Of a DNA stretch of 64,000 nt, positions 12,621 to 24,574 are shown piece after piece (the stretch's first letter is position 1; every line of letters starts with the position of its first letter). The stretch comes from Octopus bimaculoides. Taxonomy: Eukaryota. Position numbers and translations under genes: made by a program. Location of the stretch: NCBI RefSeq assembly GCF_001194135.2, contig NC_068985.1, positions 58,597,959 to 58,661,958 of the forward strand, read 5' to 3'. Under the pieces are notes generated by a model. It saw only the letters and a program-made list of their open reading frames with translations, made no database searches and was not told the DNA's origin.

Positions 12621-12917
12621 CCGACCGGGTGAAACCGGGCATAGCTGCTGACATATANNNNNNNNNNNNNNNNNNNNNNNNNNNNNNNNNNNNNNNNNNN
12701 NNNNNNNNNNNNNNNNNNNNNNNNNNNNNNNNNNNNNNNNNNNNNNNNNNNNNNNNNNNNNNNNNNNNNNNNNNNNNNNNNNNNNNNNNNNNNNNNNNNN
12801 NNNNNNNNNNNNNNNNNNNNNNNNNNNNNNNNNNNNNNNNNNNNNNNNNNNNNNNNNNNNNNNNNNNNNNNNNNNNNNNNNNNNNNNNNNNNNNNNNNNN
12901 NNNNNNNNNNNNNNNNN

Positions 12918-12994
12918 GGCCCTGGTTCATTTTGGACATTACACTGACTATGGCACCTTTCAAAGAATATTTCGTGTTATGGGCATGTTCATTG

Positions 12995-13040
<46 letters not shown>

Positions 13041-13975
13041 AACGCTCCACATGTAATAGTCCAATGGATTGAGATCTGGGGAATTAGGAGGCCAAATTTT
13101 AGGATTTATGCCATCCATTCCTGTGTTACTAGAGCCATGTGCGATAGTGCAGTGTCTTACTAAAACACATATGGCCTTCCTTTGCATACTCTGTCTATAG
13201 AGGGCTTAACAATTGTTTGCAAGGCCTCAATGTAGGCGGCAGAGTTAACTCTAAAGCCTTGTGGAAAGAAGCATCACTTGTCCTCCATTGCTGACAACGC
13301 CTAAAAGCATGACAGTTGCAGGAAATTTTTTATGCATAATACATGGAACTTCAAAAGGGTATGTACATAACCATCTGTCAATTCTTCTGTTAACTTATGA
13401 TCTTAGTCGAAATTTTTCTCGTTTGAGACAAACCAAATCAAATCTTCTTCTGCTGGATTTTTCAGTTTGTTTAAAAGCCTTTTAGATCTTATGTAGTGAT
13501 TTTCTTTTGCTTTTCCTGACAAATTGAGCTTTCCTCATTATATAAGACTTATACCTGACGTCTTCGTGGACAACATATCGGACTGCGCCATCTGACACAT
13601 GGAGATCTTTTGCAATAGAATTCATGAAATTTCTCGGAAATGCTTTGTTGAACGTGCTGGATAAATTCAAGTGTTCTGATGATTTCAGTGAATTTAGAAT
13701 GTTTTTTATGCTTTGATACTGGTGATAGGGCTCCATCATCATTCATTAGTTCCTTACAAACTTTGTCCACAAAAGATCTGGTCACTTTTAAAAATCGAGA
13801 TATTTCTAAATCGCTATGCTCAGCATTTCTAACAACAATTACAGAATTCCTCTTCACTTCTTGAGTAAGCTGCGGGTCTGCCATTATTATTTTCTGAAAC
13901 AAGGATTATAGAAAGTTAGCAAAAAATGCAGCAATACCCCCAAAAGTTATGTCCTCAAATATCTTACGCACCCTG
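12918..13975 (-). mobile_element. Tc1/mariner-superfamily DNA transposon (DDxD, maT/rosa-like), pseudogenised
   Basis: TA|CAGGGTGCG terminus at 13975-13977; HTH region, SIAKDLHVSDGAVRYVVHEDVRYKSY, GRPYVF**D, WPPNSPDLNPLDYY, HNTKYSLK; other end lost in the gap. Confidence 0.88.
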
Positions 13976-14235
13976 TATATATGTATATATACTGAGGTTT
14001 ATGCGTGTGAGAGTGAGCCAGTGCATTGCAATGTCTTTGTACTTATACATTTATATGATTTGTTCTGTTATATTTCTATGAACACAATCGAAAGTTTTAG
14101 ATCAGTGTTGACAATCTACAAGAGACGACAGAAACTGAATCAGAATATAAAATGATTCGTTCTCACATTATTAAATATTGTTAGTTTATTTATTTATTTA
14201 GTTATTTATTTATTTATTTATTTATTTATTATTAC

Positions 14236-14289
<54 letters not shown>

Positions 14290-14639
14290 TACTTTTTTTC
14301 TTTCGAAATTGNNNNNNNNNNNNNNNNNNNNNNNNNNNNNNNNNNNNNNNNNNNNNNNNNNNNNNNNNNNNNNNNNNNNNNNNNNNNNNNNNNNNNNNNN
14401 NNNNNNNNNNNNNNNNNNNNNNNNNNNNNNNNNNNNNNNNNNNNNNNNNNNNNNNNNNNNNNNNNNNNNNNNNNNNNNNNNNNNNNNNNNNNNNNNNNNN
14501 NNNNNNNNNNNNNNNNNNNNNNNNNNNNNNNNNNNNNNNNNNNNNNNNNNNNNNNNNNNNNNNNNNNNNNNNNNNNNNNNNTATGTGCGTATGTATGTAT
14601 ATGTATATATATATATTTTTCAATATGTGACAGCGTGTG

Positions 14640-14830
14640 TATCGTTGGCGATTTTCTTTCTCCGTTTCCCCTTCTTTGGACTTTTCTATATTTCTGATGA
14701 AGAGTTCCGCTCGAAACGTGGAATCCTCTTTCTTTTCTTTCCTTTCCTGAGCGTCCAATAACACTGTACTTATTCCACGTCCTCGCGTTGTTGTTTTTTT
14801 TTCGTGTATTCTCTTGCTTGTTTATGTTTG
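14640..14830 (+). mobile_element. Penelope-type terminal repeat containing a hammerhead motif
   Basis: Similar to 50470-50620 and partly to 45680-45780 (CCACGTCCTCGCGTTGT segment shared with 50580); hammerhead at 14690-14724. Confidence 0.6.
14690..14724 (+). ncRNA. Minimal hammerhead ribozyme motif, core intact, cleavage triplet GUG
   Basis: ATTT-CTGATGA-A-GAGT-TCC-GCTC-GAAA-C-GTG-GAAT. Confidence 0.7.
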
Positions 14831-14835
14831 GATTG

Positions 14836-14893
<58 letters not shown>

Positions 14894-14951
14894 TGATTGG
14901 GTGGGGTGTAGGTAGTATTATACATATTCGTCAGTTACATGTAGATTGTCA

Positions 14952-15960
14952 TCTATAATAAAAAAAGCAACATTTTGTCTGTCCGTCTGGGACTCTGTAT
15001 CTCAGTCTACATTTGCTCTATATCAAGTAGTAGTGCTCTACATCCAGTTTTAGTGCGGCAGGCAAAAATACCGAAAGGAAAAGCTTAGCGTGCGGATCAC
15101 AAATTCTAACTCTTATATCTGTATAAATCTTGTATATATGTATAATTCGATATACATTAATAAAGATGAGTTTAAGGCATTAAATTTACGCGTAACTTTT
15201 TCTTTAACGAAGGCCCTGAATTTAGGGCGTTTATATTACTTATGAGGTATTCTATAGTTTTCTTTTGGAGTGTACTAGGGTCACAAGAGGGTGGTGCATC
15301 CCTAGCAATACGTGTTTTACAGTGAAAACAAAATTTCCGTTCAAATGGCAATTACAGGACGATTTTCTGTTCGAGTCTAACCGTTTTAAGTCGTGGTGGA
15401 AACGCGACCTATGTCGCGAATAGGTATGCGAATATTGCATAAATTTTATAATCGAAAAATTCCCTATATTTTGTACATACGAGTATACAAGCCTGCACGC
15501 ACAACAAAATTGGCTCGAGGGTGGAGTTTTCCCCACCCCTACTCTACATAGACATATAACTTCTTAGAATCAGGATGATCCCAGGATTGAAAATCTCCCC
15601 TTCATTTGGTTCTTGAACATCTAGCACTGGGATGTGATATAAAAGCATTTAGGTTGCTACATCTAGCGGCCATTTTCGTTGGCTTTTGTCAGATGACATC
15701 AGAGGTCAAGGGGAAGATAAATGACATTTATTTCGTTAATTTTACGTCAAGATAAGAACTTGGGTATTGCATTACAGAATTAAATTCTAATCCCTCCTTA
15801 AACTCTGATCCAATACCACCGGGGTATATAGTCATAGAGGTATTATAGTCATGCTATTCACCCCACTTCAGTTTGGGGCCGCAGGCCCAATTAGCCCATA
15901 CCAAGTTTGCACGGAGTACAGCTTTTAAGCTACCAGATTATATATAAGCGATGCTACGTA
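14952..15960 (+). mobile_element. Non-autonomous Helitron-like element
   Basis: A|TCTATAATAAAA 5' end; 5' blocks shared with 46728-46930; 3' block (TTCAGTTTGGGGCCGCAGGCCCAATTAGC..GCACGGAGTACAGCTTTTAAGC) shared with 48545-48640, which follows a PIF1 helicase remnant. Confidence 0.65.
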
Positions 15961-18004
15961 AATTTGAGGTTGAGCCAATTTATTCACTCGTTAGAACAAT
16001 GAATAATATACGCGAATATGTTCTGTAACGTCAATTATCTCCTGATGTAAAAGTTAATGTTCATATGGATAATTATATACTTACATACACACTAGCACAT
16101 ACGTACAACCATATACATAAACAAAGGTATACACATGTGCAATCGCACACACATGCACATACGCACACATACACACAAAACACATTTATGAGCACCCACT
16201 TACCACGCACGCACACACGCACAGACATAAAGACACACACACACTCACATATATATATATATATCTATTTGTAAGTATGGATTTATGTATGCATGTATGT
16301 ATGTATCTTTTAGACCTTGGGTGCTACTATATCTCTCTATACCTATACACTGAAAAATTTCTTACATTATCACTATATAAAGATAGATTCATTCTACTGC
16401 TGGTATTAGAATTGATATATTATCCACAATTCGGCCGTTATACGCTCCATACTTCTTCGGTTATACGTCGTCTTCCAAGTTGTACTCCACTCTTCGAGCC
16501 GAAATTGTGTTGTATCTACATGAATTGATGGTTCTCATTTTTTTGAAAATATAATGAAAATTCCTATTATCAGTAATTATATTACATGTGACGCTGCTAC
16601 TTTGTTGCGTTTCAACTAAAGTATAATTTGACCCGTATTGACCTGAAAATTGACCACACGCCCACTAGCTAAGTCACTATGTACCATACATATCAACACT
16701 TCATATTCACAACCCTTTTGTCCTATACAGTACATGTGTTTATTATTTTTCTTGCGTCTTGGCGTTCATTTGGCCTGTTATCTTTTTACCATGGTGTATA
16801 AGTCATCGAAAGTGCATCAAGCCCACTGAAAAGGACACTCGTCCAGTGCATGGCTGAAGGCCAGCAAATTTAAGGAGAGACGATAAGAGGGGACAGTACT
16901 TGATTTATAGATTAAAGGCAAAGTTGGCATCGGCGGGATTTGAACTCAGCACGTAAAGTCAGGAAGAAATGCTACGAAGTAGTTTTGGTTTTTCCAAATC
17001 TCCTCCGTCATGGGATATATCAGAACTATGAATATATTTATATATTATTTTAACGTTAAATGTATTAGTCAAGCAAGTGAGTATGTAATTCCAGATGTCA
17101 GAGCAATACTCTGTTTCTCAAATGAACCATGTAGAACGTCAAAATCTGTTGTTATATTATTCTAGTGATGGTAGGATTGAGCTTTTACGCGTAGAAGCCT
17201 GGTGTTTGAAGTAATTGTAAAGACTCTATCTCAATCCTGACCATGTCTAGGAATCTATGGTGTGATGGTACTTTCTTGATACGAAAATTGTTTCAGTTAG
17301 TTTTTTTTTCCTCTTAAAAGAGACGAGATTGGCATAGCCGTACTGCAGGAGACCCCCACCAACATCTCAATATACGTATCCACTCGATACAAACCATACC
17401 ACCACTTGCAAACTTATGCACTTTTTACGTTATTACAAACATGATTTCGCACAGTATTCTTCCTCTTTGCTTACACAGCTGAGTGATGAAAGATGTTATG
17501 TTTTTTTAATAAATAATAGTCCTGAAAGGCACCTCACGAAGATCTGGTCTTCCTCAAAATTCGTTTCTCTCTCCTATCCTCTCTGTTGTATTCATTAATA
17601 ACCTACTTTGATAACATTTAACAGCTGAATATTAATGTCGCCCTAAACTGAGCGGTTCACATTCAAAACAAATTACCCTAGTATTTGCCGTGAAAGACTC
17701 ATAACCGCAATATCCATGGTTCTATTCCTGAAACAAATAACGTATGTTTTTCTTAGACGGAGATACTTCATTTGTTCTAGTCTAATCTACTGAAACAGAA
17801 TACCAGCAGACTGTTGGTGTATGTCTCCGCATCCAGATATCATATTTTCGATGTTCAGATGATTCAACGGTCAAACGTCAGAGAGAGTCACAAGCAAAGA
17901 TATCATACTCACTTGAGAGTAAGATCTAAGCACTATCTTTCTCTCACTTTCACCGTCACCCACACATATATACTATATATGTATGCAGATATATGCGTGT
18001 GTGC

Positions 18005-18035
18005 GTGTGTGAGAGACAGAGAGAGGGAGAGAGAG

Positions 18036-18096
<61 letters not shown>
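18005..18096. repeat. (GA)n-(GT)n compound microsatellite
   Basis: Direct reading. Confidence 0.95.
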
Positions 18097-18098
<2 letters not shown>

Positions 18099-18357
18099 AA
18101 TTCATCATTGTACACACATATAAACAAATATGCATAAACACACACTTGCATATCCATGTATGTATTTATGTATGTTTGAAGATAATCAAACCAAATTTTC
18201 ATCATTTCGACCTACTCACCCAGTGAGTATTTCTGCCAAATTTGGTGCAAATCTGTTGAGCCATTTTCCAGTACTTTTGCAAACACACAGACAAACCGAC
18301 CAAGACGAGTAATTACAGCACCATGCTTTCGCTTACGCGCACAGAGTAATAACAATG

Positions 18358-18424
<67 letters not shown>

Positions 18425-18438
18425 TGATGATGATGATA

Positions 18439-19118
18439 AAATGATGGCAAGAAAAGCCATGACAAATACCGGGCTAAACTAAACGCAAAAGAAATAGACA
18501 AAGCAAAATCGCAGCAATGGCTCAGGACTCAAATCAAAGACTGTAGGATTTTTAATTGCAGCACAAGACCAAAGCCTCCCCACCAGAAATTACCAAAAAC
18601 ATATAATGAAAAGAAACATATGAAGTAACTTCAGAATATATGGAGCTGGACAAGAAACAATAAACCATATTGTCTCTGGCTGCCATGTCCAGGCTAAGAA
18701 GGAATATATTCACAGACACGACAGAGTTGGAACCTACATACACTGGAGGCTATGCAACACTATGGAATAACAACATAAACAAAGTTGGTATGCGCACGCG
18801 CCAGAATAGGTAACAGAAAATGAGAGAGCAACAATAGTATGGGATATGCCAATACATACAAATAGAGAAATTAAGGCCAATATGTCAGAGATCACTTTGA
18901 AAATAAATGCTTTCTAATTGATGTATCAATACCAACAGATGACAACGTTTCTCTAAAAGAAATGGAGAAACTTTCAAAATACAAAGACCTGGAAATAGAG
19001 ACAACTCGAATGTGGAATCTAAAAACAGAAACAATTCCTATCATAGTGGGCGCATTAGGTATGATATAAAAAATATTCATAACAAAAAGACCAGGACTAA
19101 AAATATATATATAACATA
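18439..19118 (+). mobile_element. Dong-like R4 LINE fragment A between (AAT)n tracts
   Basis: GFLIAAQDQSLPTRNYQKHIMK; ETINHIVSGC; EYIHRHDRVGTYIHW; CFLIDVSIPTDDNVSLKEMEKLSKYKDLEIETTRMWNLKTETIPIIVGALG. Confidence 0.9.
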
Positions 19119-19155
19119 GATGATGATAATAATGATAATAATAATAATGATGATG

Positions 19156-19229
<74 letters not shown>

Positions 19230-19231
<2 letters not shown>

Positions 19232-20034
19232 ACCATTGATCATGTTGTCTCCATGTGTAGTCTTCTTGCGCCTACAAAGTATCTCAGCAGGGATGATAAT
19301 GTAGTACAATATATTTACTGAGTAATTTCCAAAAACTTGACCTGCCCCATGATAAAAACTAGTAGCAACACAAACCACTTCCAGTGCTTGAAAATAATCA
19401 CAACTCACTCCTCTGGAATTTCACCGCTCAGACTGACATAAATGTATCTGTCAAGACCTACGAAAAACTGAGCAAGTATAAGAATCTTGAAATAGAAATT
19501 AGCAAAATGTGGAACCTGAAGACTAAAACAAAAATCGTGCCTCCTCATTGATATGACTGTCCCAATCGATATAAACGTATCTGTCAAGACCTACCAAAAA
19601 GTGAGCAAGCATAAAGATCTTGAAATAGAAATTAGCAAAATGTGGAATCTGAAGAGAAAAACAATACCTGTTATCATAGGTGCCCTAAGACTCATTTCTA
19701 AGGCACTTATGACAACAGATATGATTTTAACAAAAGGGACTTATTGCTACCTAGCTCAGATACCAGGAAAACCCAAAATGGCATAAATTCAAAAGATAGT
19801 GCTTATGGGAACTGCCCATATCCTACGTAAAATACTGACTATGTAATCTCAAATTTTAAAACAAACTCATAATTTTCTTATGGTTTCTTAAACATTCTCT
19901 TGAACCATACTATGTACACAACCACATATATGGCACCCAAGGCATAACATCAACATGAACATGTTGTCTCTTGAGGTCTCTGGGTGAAACTTGGAGTCAA
20001 CTTGTAGAAATGCAAAGCAAACGTCAAACATAAA
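19230..20034 (+). mobile_element. Dong-like R4 LINE fragment B with 3' UTR and (TAA)n tail
   Basis: TIDHVVSMCSLLAPTKYLSR; LLIDMTVPIDINVSVKTYQKVSKHKDLEIEISKMWNLK; IQKIVLMGTAHILRKIL; internal 96-bp duplication. Confidence 0.9.
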
Positions 20035-20040
20035 TTAATT

Positions 20041-20087
<47 letters not shown>

Positions 20088-20113
20088 TGATCATGATCAT
20101 GATGATCATGATT

Positions 20114-20180
<67 letters not shown>

Positions 20181-20189
20181 CAACAACAA

Positions 20190-20780
20190 CATAATTATCA
20201 TAAAGAAGTATTATAGACGTTTCAGAAATATCCTGAATACTGAGTTGAATCTTTAAAATAATATTGCAGCTGTAAACTCCCTGGTGGCATCAGTTGTCCA
20301 GTATAGCCTTAACGTCATTAGTTGGAATTCGAGTGATCTCCAGCGTATGGAAATAAAGACCAGGAAAGTGCTGACTCTTAACAGGATGCACCACCCAAAA
20401 TCCGACGTCCACAGGTTCTATTTCCCGCGAAACGACCACGATAGCACCTCGGGTGTACATCCAATGTAACACCGACTGGATGATACAGCTGGCAAGGCAG
20501 CGTGAACAAATTAAGAAACTGCACTCAATCTCAAAGGTGGCATATAAATACAGACGAGAGCTTAACCTGCCTGGTTATGATAATGATAAGTGTAAAACTA
20601 AAGCGAAAGAGGAAAATCAAAACTGAGGAAAGAAAAACCATTGCATGAACCATACCCGAAACGAACTGGGGCAACTGATGTAGAGAAAAGACGAACCCAT
20701 GAGTTACTGGAGAATGTTAGGTTGAAAATCGAAACAGAATGATTCATCCTAGCAGCACAAGACCAGAGTGTCCTCACCCG
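20190..20780 (+). mobile_element. Dong-like R4 LINE fragment C (post-RT region)
   Basis: RRFRNILNTELN..IAAVNSLVASVVQYSLNVISWNSSDLQRMEIKTRKVLTLNRMHHPKSDVHRFYFPR; LKIETE*FILAAQDQS. Confidence 0.85.
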
Positions 20781-20915
20781 GAAGGGCATCCAGCCATAGA
20801 AATCATGCCAAAGCAGGTGATGCTGTCCGATACAGTCCTTGGATGCATTGGAACCCCTCAGACTGAGCAACCCATGCCAACACGGACGTTGAATGATGAT
20901 CATGATGTTGATGAT
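20780..20915 (+). mobile_element. SINE family 3, 3' part with (GAT)n tail
   Basis: GGAAGGGCATCCAGCC..AACCCATGCCAACACGGACGTT(GAT)n; similar tails at 40245-40350, 62140-62345 and 56100-56220 (minus). Confidence 0.65.
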
Positions 20916-21329
20916 GAATGATCATTTCAAAGACGAAAACGATGAGACCGATGACGAAGATGGTAATGATGGTGATGACTGTGATGATGTTGAAGAATTG
21001 AAATGGTACAACTTTGTTACACTCTATGTACTAGAGTGTAAAGTTGGATGTATGTTACACGTGTCTGGAATGTGTCAGCCATTTCCCCATTTCTCTCCGC
21101 ATTTTCTAAATTATTCTTTTGCTATTCTTCGGAAACTCAATGACAATGCCTTACCAAATCATAGATTAAACTTCAGATCCAAAGTGTCCTGCTTCTGCAA
21201 GTTATACCCTATGTTTATTGCCATACACGCTCTGTATAGAATGCTCATATCTTAAGCACTGTCTTCTACTTGCCCGGTCTATATTGCCTTCCCAAGGTAC
21301 ACTTAGCCCAGCAATCATGACTCACTCTC

Positions 21330-21850
<521 letters not shown>

Positions 21851-23796
21851 TTTTTGAAAGAGAGCGTAAGAAATCTTCATTGATATAGAACAGTTATTGT
21901 TTCAAAATAAGCATAACGGAGTAAATAAAAAATTACGAGCATTCACTAATATTACACTTAATACTAAAGGCAAAAAGAAGCCTGCCATTTTGGAGAAGGG
22001 AGCTGGTCGACCGTACTGCTTGGCTGGTACTTATTTCATCGACTCCAAAAGGATACAGGTGAAGTTGATATTGTCGGAATAAACATGCTAATATGATTCT
22101 ATTTATAGGTTTATGTATACTTCCAGAAAACTTTAAATAAATTCACTCGTTGCTTAACAAACAATACGCATGTCTTCTTATGGCAACTTACTTGCTAGCA
22201 ATTAACAGATCCAACTTGATGGTGACCATCTTATTCTCCATTCTTCATTCGTGTGTTGTTTTATCTCGGAAGGGTCTGCACAATGGATGTTTTATCTCGG
22301 AAGAGTCTGTGCAATGGATGTACAAACAATCTGGAGTTCAGTGGAATGTCCTGAGAGGAGCGAGCAGTTTCTTGTTCAGAATCTAAGATGAAGGGTGATA
22401 AGCAGGTAATGATTCATTGGCCCTTATCTAACTAGAGATGGCATCAATGTTCCTCAATAGTACCTGTTCAGTCGAACAAGGGACCATGAGGCCCAGCATC
22501 CCTATACCACTCTCATGTATATTCATGCGTAAAACCTTCCAGCAAATCCATACCTGCTCCCATTATCAAACTCTCCGTCAGTGGCAGGCTTTACAAAGGG
22601 AAGTTGTTCATTGCAGGAGTTCACATTTCAAGACAGATCGGGAGACAATGGAAACTCAAGAGGAGCAGTACGTTTTCTCAAACGTAGGAAGCTCTACAAA
22701 TAGAGTCCAGTGAAGAATAACCCAGCACCGATCACTGCACCTTGATCATTCTCTCAGAATTTAATCACCAAACATTTGAGTTTCTGGATTCACCTAAGAG
22801 ACAATTTTGTAATATTTATTGTGTGGCAGAGTATACTCACAAAAAGAAACCTGCAAAGTCTGTAACTGGAGCCAACTACTGCTCCAAGATACCACATCTC
22901 AGTTAACGTGATCACAAAGGGCACTCAGTTACTGCAAGTCTTCAGGCATGGAGGAAGGAAGGAAGGAAGGATGGGTTCTTCGTAAGGGAGAATCTATATA
23001 CACTTTATCTTGTTTCCCTTGTTGAACATATAACGTAAGTGAAACAGTAGCAGCAAGCTAGAAACAAATGGAATGCAATTAGATGAAAATACGAATGCAA
23101 TGTTCACAACTACGAACCACTGCACTGAAAGCACTACTGACGTCTCATTGTAGACTAAACAAAACACTACTTACAACTTTGTGAACGCTACATAATTAAA
23201 GAAAATATGTCATGCAAAGAGGAGTAGAAGGCAGGTCATCTCCGATAGAAATATTTTTACAACTGGCTTCCCCTGTAACATTAGACGCGATAGAAGTAAA
23301 TAAATACATTTTCCTTTGGTCTTTTTTCTTTTTGCTTAAAATATTTTCTGTGTCTTTCTTAATGAAAAGCAGGCCAGATATTAAACCATTTTAAAACGAC
23401 CAATACAAGAAAGATATTTATCTTCTCATAAGAATAAAACAGAAAGTAATAAATAAATAAATACATAAATAAACCTTTTGAAAAAATCTACTTTGACGTT
23501 ATTGATGGTGGCTTTTACCTGATGTCGCTAAAGATATCTACTGGTGCGAAGGAATCATAATTTATAGTTTAGTTGACAACACAAGTATCATATTGAACGA
23601 TAAACATATATTCAACATACATGGTAAGTTATATAAATATCAGCTGTGAACACACCAACACACATGCACACAAAGCACACACATAATCACACACTAAACT
23701 CACACACTCACACGGACACGGACGCATAGATTTGCGTTCACACACGTGCACACAGCCATATATTTTTAAGAGTTTGTGCTTTATGTAAGAGTATAC

Positions 23797-23831
<35 letters not shown>

Positions 23832-24408
23832 GTATATATATATGTAATATGTGTATGTTTATGTGTGTTTATATATATATATACTTACATACATACATAT
23901 ATATTCGTATTCACTAGATAAATATAAGTGTGGATGTACGTATATACTTACGCACACACGTGAATGTGTATACATGCATGTACACATACAGATAGGTGTG
24001 CCTTTATAGCTTTCTTGCATACATGCATATGTGTGTGTGTGTGTGTGTGAATAGCCTTTGTGTAATCAATAACTCCATGTAATCTTATGCATCATTAAAA
24101 TATTACGTTTTCAAATGAAAATACTTGACACGTACACTCTTTGAGACATAGTATAAATTGACTGTGGCACAGGATGGTAAAAAGAAATCAATACTTACCG
24201 TTCTGCAGAAGTAAATCTGAGGATTCTCTTCGATGGTGCTTAATGTCCAAAAAAAACACAACTACTGATTGAGAAGCAGGGAACAATATTTCCTTCCTAT
24301 CAATACAAAAGTAAATATTGTAATCTAACACTAATGAATGTTTAAAGCTTTTAGCATCAATTTTTAAAATTCTTACAACTGAAAGAATGATATATACAGA
24401 CAAAGAAA

Positions 24409-24412
<4 letters not shown>

Positions 24413-24447
<35 letters not shown>

Positions 24448-24500
24448 GGAGAAAAGAGAGAGAGAAACATATACTTTAATATAAGTAGCTAGATATACAT

Positions 24501-24574
<74 letters not shown>
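24413..24574. repeat. (GA)n and (GATA)n microsatellites
   Basis: Direct reading. Confidence 0.95.

Noticed and set aside
16400-16515. CpG-rich stretch after a minus-strand AG, reading FRLEEWSTTWKTTYNRR
   Set aside because: Weak acceptor, no donor, no recognisable protein motif.
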